Positions 8,412 to 17,687 of a DNA stretch of 21,188 bases are shown here, in pieces. The stretch covers positions 1-21,188 of the forward strand of contig DAHVNA010000034.1 in the NCBI GenBank assembly GCA_027319565.1, given 5' to 3'. Position 1 is the first letter of the stretch, and every line of letters begins with the position of its first letter. Position numbers and translations under genes: made by a program. The DNA comes from Elusimicrobiota bacterium. Lineage in GTDB: Bacteria; Elusimicrobiota; Elusimicrobia; UBA1565; UBA9628. The notes below the pieces were generated by a model. That model was not told where the DNA came from and ran no database searches. It was given only the letters and a program-made list of their open reading frames with translations.

Positions 8412-10272
8412 CCGTGACGCTTTTGGCAAGATTTCTCGGCTGATCAATATCAAGCCCTCTAAACGCCGCGACATAATAGGCCAGCATCTGAAGCGGAATG
8501 ACGGAAAGAATCGGAGCCAAGGCTTCTGAAATCATCGGAAGCTCTAGAACATAATCGGCCCTTACGTCGGGATCCCCCTTGGTTTTAAGCATGATCACTT
8601 GCCCGCCGCGAGCGCGGATTTCCTCGCAATTAGAGACCGTCTTATCAAAAACAGGAGAGTGGGTCGCGATCGCCACCACCGGCATCTCTTCATCGATTAA
8701 GGCAATCGAGCCATGCTTGAGCTCTCCGGCGGCAAAACCCTCCGCGTGAATATAGGAGATCTCTTTAAGCTTTAAGGCCGCTTCAAGAGCGATGGGGTAA
8801 TTGAGCCGACGGCCGATAAAAATAAAATTGCGGCTCTTAAAAAAATTTTTCGCTATTTGGCGCGTTTTGTCTTCTAATTTTAGAGTCTCCCGAATCAAGG
8901 TCGGGATATGCGCCGCTTCTCGCGCCAATTCCAAGGCCCGAGCCTTAGGCAGGGTTTTGCGCGAAAGGCCCATATGAAGAGCGAAGGCAAACAAGGCCGC
9001 CAATTGCCCCGTAAAAGCCTTGGTCGAAGCCACGCCCAGCTCCGGGCCGCAACGGGTGTAGAGATTATAATCGGCTTCGCGCGAAATCGCGGAACCCAAG
9101 GTATTGGTAATCGCTAAAACCGGCACGTTTCGCGATTTCGCCAAACGAATCGAGGCCAAGGTGTCGGCGGTCTCTCCGGATTGACTGACCGCAATCAGAA
9201 TATCGCCGGGTTTAAAACGCACGTCGCGATATCTCAATTCGGATCCGATCTCGACAAAGATAGGCAACCCCACCATTTCTTCAAGCCAAAATTTAGCCAC
9301 CCGGCAGGCGTGATAGGCCGTTCCACAACCGACCATATAAATCGTTTTGACGGTTTTAAGATAGCCGCTCTTAAATCCCGCCTCTTTTTCAAGCGCGCCT
9401 TCTATCAGAGGAAACACTCGGCCGCGCAAGGTCTCTTCGCAAGCTTCAGGCTGCTCGTGAATTTCTTTAAGCATGAAATGCCGATAGCCGCCTTTTTCCG
9501 CCATGCTGCGATCCCATGAAATCTGAACCGGTTTTTTCTGAACCGCTTTCCCTGAAATATCAAAAAACTGGCAAGAATCCGCCTTTAAAAGCGCCATTTC
9601 TCCATCGTCGAGAAAAACCGCCTGGCGGGTATATTCCAAAAAGGCCGGAACATCGGAGGCCAGAAAATTTTCGCCGTCTCCAAGGCCGATGACCAAGGGA
9701 GACGCGGTCTTAGCGGCAATCAAGGAACCCGGGGCATGGGCGGAAATGATAGCCAAAGCATAAGCCCCTTTTAAGTCTTGAAGGGATAAACGAACCGCTT
9801 CAAAGAAATTTTTCTCGCCGCTTTTTTTATGCCCATTGGAAGAGGCCTTCATCAAAGCGGAAAAACGATCCTCAATGAGATGCGCGATAACCTCGGTGTC
9901 GGTGTCAGAAGCAAAGCGATGTCCCTTTTGGGTTAAGCTCTCCTTGAGCTCCGAAAAGTTCTCGATGATTCCGTTATGGATAACGACTAGGGATCCCGAA
10001 CAATCCGCGTGCGGGTGCGCATTTTCTTCCGATGGCCTGCCATGAGTGGCCCAGCGGGTATGCCCCAAAGCCGGAGAGCCTTCCAAAGGCTCCTTGCGCA
10101 GCAGATTCTTGAGATTAACTAATTTGCCGGCGGCCCTTCGGCGCTGAATTTTTCCGTTAGATAAAACCGCGATTCCCGCCGAATCATATCCTCGATATTC
10201 AAGGCTTTTGAGCCCATCTAAAACCAAGGGAACGGCTTCCCTTTCCCCGACGTAGCCGGCGATCCCGCACAT
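8404..10272 (-). CDS. glmS: Glutamine--fructose-6-phosphate aminotransferase
   Basis: MCGI N-terminus, LEYRGYDSAG, HTRWATHG, HNGIIEN, SQSGET, VASTK, PRNLAKSVTVE. Confidence 0.98.
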   Translation of the reverse strand: MCGIAGYVGEREAVPLVLDGLKSLEYRGYDSAGIAVLSNGKIQRRRAAGKLVNLKNLLRKEPLEGSPALGHTRWATHGRPSEENAHPHADCSGSLVVIHNGIIENFSELKESLTQKGHRFASDTDTEVIAHLIEDRFSALMKASSNGHKKSGEKNFFEAVRLSLQDLKGAYALAIISAHAPGSLIAAKTASPLVIGLGDGENFLASDVPAFLEYTRQAVFLDDGEMALLKADSCQFFDISGKAVQKKPVQISWDRSMAEKGGYRHFMLKEIHEQPEACEETLRGRVFPLIEGALEKEAGFKSGYLKTVKTIYMVGCGTAYHACRVAKFWLEEMVGLPIFVEIGSELRYRDVRFKPGDILIAVSQSGETADTLASIRLAKSRNVPVLAITNTLGSAISREADYNLYTRCGPELGVASTKAFTGQLAALFAFALHMGLSRKTLPKARALELAREAAHIPTLIRETLKLEDKTRQIAKNFFKSRNFIFIGRRLNYPIALEAALKLKEISYIHAEGFAAGELKHGSIALIDEEMPVVAIATHSPVFDKTVSNCEEIRARGGQVIMLKTKGDPDVRADYVLELPMISEALAPILSVIPLQMLAYYVAAFRGLDIDQPRNLAKSVTVE

Positions 10273-10284
10273 AGCTTTTTCTCC

Positions 10285-11019
10285 TTAGGCGATTAAAACT
10301 TTCATCTCGCTAATGGCCGAGCGAAGCCCCCAAAGAATGGAATGGACAGCGACCGCCCAACCCGCGTTGATCCCGGATAAATGCGGAATTTTAGAGACCG
10401 CCCGCGCGTTTTTATAATTAATCCCGCATCCAACCCAAGGCTTAAGACCCAATTCATAAGCGAGATAAACAGCCAGTTGCAATTCTTCCAACTCGTCCCG
10501 GACCTTTTTGGAACTGGAAGCTTGAGCGTAATCCAAAGCGCAAATCTCGACAAAATCAACGCCCAAGGCACGGGCGCGCCTTAAACTAACCGCTTCGGCC
10601 TTGACCGAAACCCCGGCTAAAATTTTGCGCTTTTTAAGAGCTTCAACGACTTTTTTCATCGCGGCAAAAGAGGAATCAGAAAAGACCACGGGCGCCGGAC
10701 GATCTCCTGTTCTTGAGACCAGACACGCCGCAAAAGGCCCGGCCTTTAAGGCCGTCGCCACCAAGTCCGCTTTCGGCTCAATTTTCAGGCAAACACGACT
10801 CTCTCCCCGGCATAGCTTTAAAATCTCGGTTTCGGATTTAGATCTTAAGTGGAGAACTATTTGGTCCGCGCCGGATCTTTTGGCAATTGAGGAAATAAGC
10901 GGCAAATCAAGCGGAGAACCGCCGCGAATTCGAGATAAAGAGGCGAACAGGTCTAAATCAAACCCTAATTTCACCTCCTCAAAAGACGAGGTTTTTTTGC
11001 CTTTATTTTTTCTGGCCAT
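10285..11019 (-). CDS. pdxJ: PdxJ (pyridoxine 5'-phosphate synthase)-like protein with a degenerate active site
   Basis: Colinear with PdxJ (KLG..LD..A.L...RG, GAD.I.LHLR, CLV, VEI....YA, LGL....G.GINY.N, N.G.A, GL..AI.EMK), 244 aa, but many catalytic residues are replaced. Confidence 0.75.
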   Translation of the reverse strand: MARKNKGKKTSSFEEVKLGFDLDLFASLSRIRGGSPLDLPLISSIAKRSGADQIVLHLRSKSETEILKLCRGESRVCLKIEPKADLVATALKAGPFAACLVSRTGDRPAPVVFSDSSFAAMKKVVEALKKRKILAGVSVKAEAVSLRRARALGVDFVEICALDYAQASSSKKVRDELEELQLAVYLAYELGLKPWVGCGINYKNARAVSKIPHLSGINAGWAVAVHSILWGLRSAISEMKVLIA

Positions 11020-12385
11020 GAACTTTCTCCCGAGGGTTTAAGCCCGCATCTCTGCGATAGGCGGCCGCGATATTCCTCGCGATTTCCCTCACCCAATTTA
11101 ACTTTGGCCCTTCAACCATGATTCGTAAAAGCGGCTCTGTTCCGGAATAGCGGACAAAAAGCCGCCCCCGCCCTTTAAGGGCGAACTCCTGCTTTTTTAA
11201 TTCTTCTTGAAAATGCGGCAAGCTTTCAAGAGGAATCCTCGAAGACACTTTAACATTTTCAATGACCTGCGGAAACGGCTTAAAATCCTGAAGAATCTTG
11301 GAAAAAGGCTTTTGAGACTCCGCTAAAGCCGCCAAGGTCTCGACCGCGGTCAGCATCCCATCTCCAGTTCTTAAAAATCGTCTAAAGACGATATGCCCGG
11401 AAGGTTCCCCGCCCAAGCTTAAATCATTTTTTTCGAGAGCCTGTGTCACATGGCGGTCTCCGACCCCAACGCTCAAAGTGGAGATGCCGCGCTTGGATAA
11501 AAACTGTTCTAAAGCCACATTCGACATCGTCGTCAAGACAACGCTTTGTTTTTTCAAGAGTCCGCATTTCTGCATCCGAAGAGCCGCGACTCCCAAGACG
11601 AAATCCCCATCCTTGATATCGCCTTTTTCATCGCAGAAAACGGCGCGATCGGCATCTCCGTCAAAGGCAATTCCGATATCGGCTTTTAAGGCGGACACCG
11701 CGGTCCTCAGCGGACCGGTTTCGAGAGCCCCGCAACCGCGGTTGATGTTATAGCCATTTGGAGAAACGCCTAGACAATGAACCTTGGCGCCCAGTCCTTC
11801 AAACAAGAGACGCGCGATCTTATAGGACGCCCCATTGGCGCAATCAAGCACCAAGGTAATCTTGGATAAATCTAATGCCGGAGGAAAAACGCTTTTTAAA
11901 AAATCGGCGTAATCTCTCTCGTATTTTGACCCATTCTCAAAAATAGGCTTTTTGGCGAACTCGCGCGGAAAATTTCCTTTGACCGCTCTTTCAATTTTTT
12001 GCTCGAGTTCAAGGCTAATCTTAAGCCCGCGAGAATCAAAAAATTTGATTCCATTAAATTCTGCGGGGTTGTGGCTGGCGGAGATGACAATTCCCCCCGC
12101 CGCATTGAGATGCGGAACTAGATAAGAAATCGCGGGAGTCGGTATCACTCCGCAATCAATCATCCGCATCTGCGATCCGATGCCTGAAGCTAAATTTTTA
12201 AGAATTGAAGGTCCGGATGAGCGGGTATCTCGTCCAATTAAAATCTTTGGGGCAGTCCCATTCAAAGATTTCTCCCGGGAAATAAATTTTGCGGCGACAG
12301 CGCCCAGAACGCGAAGAAAAGACGGAACGAAAGGATATTCTCCCGGAATACCGCGAATCCCATCAGTTCCGAAAAGCCGTTCCAT
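11003..12385 (-). CDS. glmM: Phosphoglucosamine mutase
   Basis: LFGTDGIRG, GRDTRSSG, ISASHNP (phospho-Ser), DGDADR, GGEPSGH, RYSGTEPLLRIMVEG. Confidence 0.96.
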   Translation of the reverse strand: MERLFGTDGIRGIPGEYPFVPSFLRVLGAVAAKFISREKSLNGTAPKILIGRDTRSSGPSILKNLASGIGSQMRMIDCGVIPTPAISYLVPHLNAAGGIVISASHNPAEFNGIKFFDSRGLKISLELEQKIERAVKGNFPREFAKKPIFENGSKYERDYADFLKSVFPPALDLSKITLVLDCANGASYKIARLLFEGLGAKVHCLGVSPNGYNINRGCGALETGPLRTAVSALKADIGIAFDGDADRAVFCDEKGDIKDGDFVLGVAALRMQKCGLLKKQSVVLTTMSNVALEQFLSKRGISTLSVGVGDRHVTQALEKNDLSLGGEPSGHIVFRRFLRTGDGMLTAVETLAALAESQKPFSKILQDFKPFPQVIENVKVSSRIPLESLPHFQEELKKQEFALKGRGRLFVRYSGTEPLLRIMVEGPKLNWVREIARNIAAAYRRDAGLNPREKVHGQKK

Positions 12386-13254
12386 CAGTTAAAATGCGCC
12401 CCCAAGGCCATATCCCGCCATACTTCAAGCGCCCTAACCGTATCTGAGACGTCATGAACACGGACGATTAAAGCCTTTTGAAGAGCGGCCCAACAGGCGA
12501 CAGAAACCGAACCGGACAATCTCTCTTGCGGCCCCGAGTCCGGATAAATTTTACCGATAAAACCCTTTCTTGATGCGCCAACGACGACTGGAGATATCTT
12601 CTCGAACTCTCGAAGATGATGGAGTATCTCTAAATTGTGGTTGAGGGTTTTCCCAAAGCCGATGCCGGGGTCGACCAACAATCGTTCGGGTTTTCCACCG
12701 GCCTTGAGAAAAAACCTCTTGCGTTCTTTCAAAAAGGAAGAAATTTCTTTGACTACATCGGTATAAACGGGATTATCCTGCATCGTCTTTGTATTTTCCC
12801 CGCCCCGGTGCATTAAAATCACCCACTCAAAATTAAGCGCCTCTTTCCATAAGTCAGGATCAAAACGCAAAGCCGAGATATCATTGAGAATAGAAGCGCC
12901 CAAAAGACGCGCTTGGAAAGCGACTTTCGCTTTTTGGGTATCAATAGATATCGGAATAGGAAAATTTTTCAGAAGCTCTAAAACCGGGAGAACGCGGTCC
13001 AATTCTTCTTGCACGGAAACCTCTTCCGAACCCGGGCGCGTCGATTCCCCCCCAAGATCAATAAGGTCAGCGCCTTCCTCCGCCATTTTAAAAGCTCTTT
13101 CCGCGGCGGCAGAAGGCGCGAAAAAGCGGCTACGGGAATAAAAAGAATCCGGCGTCGCGTTGACAATTCCCATGACCAAGGGACGCTGAAGCCCCCGCGA
13201 TTTTTCCAAAATCGAAGCCTGTCGCGCCGAACTTGGGCCTGCGCCTTGAACCAT
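12385..13254 (-). CDS. folP: Dihydropteroate synthase
   Basis: MGIVNATPDSF, DLGGESTRPG, ISIDT, LNDIS, DPGIGFGK, GASRK, VRVHDV. Confidence 0.96.
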   Translation of the reverse strand: MVQGAGPSSARQASILEKSRGLQRPLVMGIVNATPDSFYSRSRFFAPSAAAERAFKMAEEGADLIDLGGESTRPGSEEVSVQEELDRVLPVLELLKNFPIPISIDTQKAKVAFQARLLGASILNDISALRFDPDLWKEALNFEWVILMHRGGENTKTMQDNPVYTDVVKEISSFLKERKRFFLKAGGKPERLLVDPGIGFGKTLNHNLEILHHLREFEKISPVVVGASRKGFIGKIYPDSGPQERLSGSVSVACWAALQKALIVRVHDVSDTVRALEVWRDMALGAHFN

Positions 13255-13259
13255 GGAAG

Positions 13260-14258
13260 TTAAAATGAGAGAACTTCCTCGGACGCCATGAGCAAGCGAT
13301 CGATATCGGGTATATAATAGCGTTCCAGGCGAAAAAGCGGCATGCGGATGTCCCAGCCGCCCACTCTCTTGACCGGGGCCTTAAGATGAGTCAAGGCGCG
13401 TTCGGAAATCAAAGCGCTGATTTCCGCCGCCCAGGACCCAGAATTGGGCGCCTCATGGGCAATCAACGCCCGACCGGTTTTAGAAACGCTTTTAAGAACG
13501 CTTTCCAAATCTAAAGGAGTCAAGGTTCTCAAATCAAGAACTTCAACTGAAGTCCCGCTCTCCGCTAATTTCTCGGCCGCTTTAAGACAGGTCCCCACCA
13601 TCGCTCCCCAGGAAAGCATCGTCAAATCCGTTCCTTCCCTGCGCACACGCGCCTGGCCGATATCGATAGCGTAAGGCTCGTCTAAAACAGGCCCGCGCGC
13701 GGCCCGGTAAAGAGCCTTTGGCTCAAAGAAAACGACCGGATCGGGATCTCGAATTGCGGCAATCAAAAGACCTTTTGCGTCTTCCGGAGTTGATGGGCAG
13801 ACCACCTTGATTCCCGGAGTATGGCAAAAATAAGCCTCCGGAGATTCGGAGTGGTGTTCCGGCGCGTGAATGAGACCTCCATGAGGAGAGCGAATCACCA
13901 AGGGTAACGAGTAACGGCCGCGAGTGCGGTTTCTCATTCTCCCCAGATGGGAAACAACCTGATCGAAAATAGACGGAGTAAAGCCGTCAAATTGAATCTC
14001 ACAAACGGGCCGAAACCCGGCTATCGCCAGTCCCATCGCCGAACCGATGATGCCGAGTTCAGCTAAGGGAGTGTCGACCACTCGCTCTTTTCCAAAACGC
14101 TCAAACAGGCCTTCAGTCGCGCGAAAAACGCCGCCATTTTTTCCGACATCTTCTCCTAAAACGATGACTCTTTCATCTTTTTCCATTTCTTGGCGCAAGG
14201 CCTCGTTAATAGCGCCAACTAAGTTGAGTTCCCGAGATTTCACCGCAGTCGCCGTCAT
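13260..14258 (-). CDS. pdhB: 2-oxoacid (probably pyruvate) dehydrogenase E1 beta subunit
   Basis: GEDVGKNGGVFRATEGL, DTPLAE, EIQF, HHSESPEA, DPDPVVFFEPK. Confidence 0.9.
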   Translation of the reverse strand: MTATAVKSRELNLVGAINEALRQEMEKDERVIVLGEDVGKNGGVFRATEGLFERFGKERVVDTPLAELGIIGSAMGLAIAGFRPVCEIQFDGFTPSIFDQVVSHLGRMRNRTRGRYSLPLVIRSPHGGLIHAPEHHSESPEAYFCHTPGIKVVCPSTPEDAKGLLIAAIRDPDPVVFFEPKALYRAARGPVLDEPYAIDIGQARVRREGTDLTMLSWGAMVGTCLKAAEKLAESGTSVEVLDLRTLTPLDLESVLKSVSKTGRALIAHEAPNSGSWAAEISALISERALTHLKAPVKRVGGWDIRMPLFRLERYYIPDIDRLLMASEEVLSF

Positions 14259-15382
14259 GGAAAGCGCCCCTCAAGAGGCGGAACCTCGACAATTTCCCCA
14301 AAGCGCATTTTCCGTTCTAATAAGGCTTCTAATTCCGCTCTTTGTTCGATTAAAGCTCTCGGGGCTTCCGCATAATTATTGGCGAACATATCCAGGGGAT
14401 TGGGTTCGTTAAAGGCCTCATATGCCTTAATCTCCTCATCCACCAAGGCTTCCGCATTTCTGAGAAACTCTTGATTTTGGGCTTCATCCAAAATCTTGAG
14501 AGACTCCAAATATCGCTTGAGCCTTAAAAGCGGATCGCGCTTGGCCCAATAATCCAAATCGCTCTTCGGGCGATAGCGCGAGGAATCATCCGCGGTCGTG
14601 TGATGAGCCATGCGATAGGTTTCAAGCTCAAGAAGACTTGCTCCGCGGCCTTCCCGCCCCCGGCGAATGGCTTCTTCCATCGCGGAAAAAACGGCCAAGG
14701 CGTCGTTTCCATCCACTTGAATCCCAAAAACTCCGTAGCCATGCGCCTTTTGGGCGAAAGTTTCCGCCGCGCATTGCTTTTTCCTTGAAACTGAAATAGC
14801 CCATTGATTATTTTCAATGAGGAAAATGACCGGCAAACTCATCATGCCCGCAAAAGTCAGAGCCTCATGCAAATCGCCTTTTGAACTAGCCCCGTCTCCC
14901 AAATACGCCAAGACCACCGCATTCTTTTTTTCAAGCTTTGCCGCCCAAGCCAAACCCGCAGCCAAGGTCAAATGCCCACCGACGGTAATAGAAAAAGTCA
15001 TATCCCGATTTCCCTCGGGGAAAACGGTCCCGCGATCGTCGCCAGCCCAAACCAAAAGCGAATGGCGAAATTTCATCCCACGCGCGTAATAAGCTCCAGT
15101 CCCGCGATAGGTCGGAATCATCCAATCCGAGGGTTTCAGGCAAAAAGCTGGAATAAGTTGGCTTGCCTCCTGCCCCAGAACCGAAGGATAGGTTCCCAGG
15201 CGGCCTTGACGCTGAAGCTTGATGGCGCGCTCGTCAAAAGCGCGAAGTTCCACCATCTTGCGGTAAATTTCAAGCAAGGTCTCTTTGGGAACGCGGGGAT
15301 CCAGGGCGGGATCGGCAAAACCTTCGGGGTTGAGGATTTCAAGGCGCTGAGTCTTATGATGAACGATTGTTTCAAGAGGCAT
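14255..15382 (-). CDS. pdhA: 2-oxoacid (probably pyruvate) dehydrogenase E1 alpha subunit
   Basis: LQRQGRLG, GQEA, TPP motif GDGASSKGD...ENNQWAIS, HHTTADDSSRYR. Confidence 0.9.
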   Translation of the reverse strand: MPLETIVHHKTQRLEILNPEGFADPALDPRVPKETLLEIYRKMVELRAFDERAIKLQRQGRLGTYPSVLGQEASQLIPAFCLKPSDWMIPTYRGTGAYYARGMKFRHSLLVWAGDDRGTVFPEGNRDMTFSITVGGHLTLAAGLAWAAKLEKKNAVVLAYLGDGASSKGDLHEALTFAGMMSLPVIFLIENNQWAISVSRKKQCAAETFAQKAHGYGVFGIQVDGNDALAVFSAMEEAIRRGREGRGASLLELETYRMAHHTTADDSSRYRPKSDLDYWAKRDPLLRLKRYLESLKILDEAQNQEFLRNAEALVDEEIKAYEAFNEPNPLDMFANNYAEAPRALIEQRAELEALLERKMRFGEIVEVPPLEGRFP

Positions 15383-16274
15383 CGGCTTTTGAACCTTTCA
15401 AAAAAAGCTCTCCGGCATGATAGGAACTCCGCACGAGAGGCCCCGAGGCGATTTCGGAAAAACCCATTTTGCGGGCGCAAGAGGCATAAAAATCAAAACG
15501 CTCGGGCGGGAGAAATTCATGAACCGGCAGGTTCCGGCCGGAAGAATCAGGCCTCAAATACTGGCCCAGGGTCACCATAGAAACTCCCACCGAACGCAAA
15601 TCCCGCAAAGACTCTAAAACCTCTTCTTCCGTCTCTCCAATTCCCAGAAGAAGAGAGGATTTGGTCGGAGTTTGAGGTAAAATTTCCCGAAAATAAGAAA
15701 GAACTCTTAGAGACTGCTCGTAACCCGCCTTCACGTCTCGAATCGCCGGACTCAAGCGCCGCACGGTTTCAAGATTATGGGCCGCGACATCAGGGCTGGC
15801 CTCTAAAACGCGGGCAATCAGGCTTTTATCTCCGCGAAAATCCTGCATCAAGACCTCAATTTTAGTATTAGGGCAAGCGCTCCGGATACTCCTAACGCAT
15901 TGAGCGATATGAGAAGCCCCTTGATCCGGAAGATCATCCCGGCACACCGTCGTTAAGACGATATAATCCAGCCCCATCTCTTGGATGGTTTGGGTCAATT
16001 TTGCGGGCTCAAGAGGATCGGGAGGCGGAGGTTTTAAGGCTGAACTGACCGAACAAAAACGGCATCCGCGGGTGCATAATTCTCCCAAAACCATGAAGGT
16101 GGCCGTTCCCGCGCCCCAGCACTCGGCGATATTGGGACAACGAGCTTCCTCACAAACGGTGTGCAGGTTTCGCGCGGAAGAAACCCGCTTAATTTTCTCG
16201 TAATTTTCGCCCGTGGGAAGTTTAACGCGAAGCCAGGAGGGAAAACGCGAAACAGGAGATTCCGCAACGGGCAT
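15372..16274 (-). CDS. lipA: Lipoyl synthase
   Basis: CEEARCPNIAEC, radical SAM CTRGCRFC, HNLETV, GQYLRP, VRSSY. Start is ATG 16274 (TGATG overlap with trxB) or GTG 16277. Confidence 0.96.
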   Translation of the reverse strand: MPVAESPVSRFPSWLRVKLPTGENYEKIKRVSSARNLHTVCEEARCPNIAECWGAGTATFMVLGELCTRGCRFCSVSSALKPPPPDPLEPAKLTQTIQEMGLDYIVLTTVCRDDLPDQGASHIAQCVRSIRSACPNTKIEVLMQDFRGDKSLIARVLEASPDVAAHNLETVRRLSPAIRDVKAGYEQSLRVLSYFREILPQTPTKSSLLLGIGETEEEVLESLRDLRSVGVSMVTLGQYLRPDSSGRNLPVHEFLPPERFDFYASCARKMGFSEIASGPLVRSSYHAGELFLKGSKADAS

Positions 16275-17200
16275 CACTTTTCCCCGGCCAAAAATCTCTC
16301 GGCCTCAAGGGCCGCCATGCATCCGGTCCCGGCCGCAGTCACGGCTTGGCGGTAGCGGGAATCCATAACGTCTCCCGCGGCAAAAACGCCGGGGATGGAA
16401 GTCCGCGTTCGGCCATCGGTGACGATATAGCCGTGATCGTCGAGTTTGAGCTGTCCGCCCAAGAAATCGACCGTGGGCTTATGCCCAATGGCGACAAAAA
16501 AACCGTGGCAGGCAATATCCGATAATTTTTCGGTTTTTAAATTTTTCACGCGAACCCCGGTAACGTGGCCATTCCCAAGAACCTCGGAAACCGCCGAATC
16601 CCAAACAAAGGACAGCTTCGGATTTTTAAAAGCGCGTTCCTGCATTATTTTTGAAGCGCGCAACTGATCGCGGCGATGAATGACAATCACCTTGCTCGCA
16701 AATTTTGAGAGAAATAACGCCTCTTCCAAAGCCGTGTCCCCTCCTCCAACGACGACGACCTCTTTTCCCTTAAAGAAAAACCCGTCGCAAGTCGCGCAAG
16801 CGCTAACCCCATGTCCCATCAATTTCTTTTCCGATTCGATGCCCAGCCATTGAGCTGTCGCGCCGGTGGCGATAATCACTGCCTCGGAGTTAAAGGCCTT
16901 GCCCTCGGTGGTCTCAAGCTGAAAAGGGCGGGAAGATAAATTGATTTTAGAGACATCCTCATTAATAATCGAAACTCCCAAGCGTTCGCATTGTTTTTTC
17001 ATGCGCTCCATTAATTCCGGCCCCATAACAGGCTCCGGAAAACCCGGGTAATTTTCGACTTCAGAGGTCAACATCAACTGGCCGCCGGTGGCCATTCCGC
17101 CAATAATGAGGGGGTTTAAATCCGCGCGCGCGGAATAAATGGCCGCGGTATAAGCCGCGGGCCCCGAACCAATCACAATTATTTTCCTGGAATCACTCAT
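16274..17200 (-). CDS. trxB: Thioredoxin-disulfide reductase
   Basis: GSGPAA, GGQL, VENYPGF, CATCDG, GGGDTA.EEA, HRRD, AAGDV. Start placed at ATG 17200. Confidence 0.96.
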   Translation of the reverse strand: MSDSRKIIVIGSGPAAYTAAIYSARADLNPLIIGGMATGGQLMLTSEVENYPGFPEPVMGPELMERMKKQCERLGVSIINEDVSKINLSSRPFQLETTEGKAFNSEAVIIATGATAQWLGIESEKKLMGHGVSACATCDGFFFKGKEVVVVGGGDTALEEALFLSKFASKVIVIHRRDQLRASKIMQERAFKNPKLSFVWDSAVSEVLGNGHVTGVRVKNLKTEKLSDIACHGFFVAIGHKPTVDFLGGQLKLDDHGYIVTDGRTRTSIPGVFAAGDVMDSRYRQAVTAAGTGCMAALEAERFLAGEK

Positions 17201-17226
17201 AAGAATCATTATATCATTTAGTCCTT
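17201..17226. promoter_or_regulatory. Overlapping divergent -10 elements for the trxB operon and folB
   Basis: Minus strand: TG-A-TATAAT (17216-17208), 7 nt before the trxB ATG. Plus strand: TATCAT (17212-17217), 9 nt before the folB ATG. Confidence 0.65.
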
Positions 17227-17607
17227 ATGAGCTCTAAAATCGAGATACTGGGAATCGAATGCCAAAGCCGCCTTGGCATTAGCCTTAAAGAAAGGAAAAA
17301 GCCCCAAAAGATTATTATCGACCTGCTTTTAACTCTCGATTTAACCCAAGCGGGCCGCCGCGATAACCTGAAATCAAGCGCCAATTACTTTAAAATCGAA
17401 AGACTCGCCAGAGCCTTGGCCGAGAAGGGAGAAAGGCTACTCATCGAGCGCCTGGCCTGGGAAATCGCTCTTCATATCCTGGATGAAGAACCCCTCGTAG
17501 ACGCGATTACGGTTCGGGTTCACAAAAAGCCGGAACTCATGCCTAAAACCCGGGAAGTAATCGTTGAAATGACGAAGACCCGGCTTCGCCGAAAAAAATC
17601 CAGATAA
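17227..17607 (+). CDS. folB: Dihydroneopterin aldolase
   Basis: G....ER...Q...IDL, D.L....NY, LLIERLA, VRV.K pattern; 126 aa. Confidence 0.88.
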   Translation: MSSKIEILGIECQSRLGISLKERKKPQKIIIDLLLTLDLTQAGRRDNLKSSANYFKIERLARALAEKGERLLIERLAWEIALHILDEEPLVDAITVRVHKKPELMPKTREVIVEMTKTRLRRKKSR

Positions 17608-17613
17608 ACGCCT

Positions 17614-17649
17614 AAAACAAAAGCCCCCGGGCTCATCACCCGGGGGCTT
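17614..17649 (-). terminator. Rho-independent terminator of groESL
   Basis: AAGCCCCCGGG-7 nt-CCCGGGGGCTT (17621-17649), followed on the minus strand by a T-rich tract. Confidence 0.8.
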
Positions 17650-17656
17650 AGCGTCT

Positions 17657-17680
17657 AAAAAGGGGACTGTCCCCTTTTTT
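17657..17680. terminator. Second palindrome, bidirectional terminator-like or short REP-like repeat
   Basis: AAAAAGGGGAC-T-GTCCCCTTTTT, with A and T tracts on either side. Confidence 0.65.
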
Positions 17681-17687
17681 CGCTTAA

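Noticed and set aside
10273..10284. glmS ribozyme
   Set aside because: Only 12 nt, containing the RBS, separate the pdxJ-like gene from glmS.
12380..12390. Missing cdaA/ybbR between folP and glmM
   Set aside because: Direct folP-glmM adjacency is common (e.g. E. coli), and the TGATG overlap shows no scar.
14972..15580. 202-aa plus-strand ORF
   Set aside because: Entirely antisense to the well-conserved pdhA and lipA.
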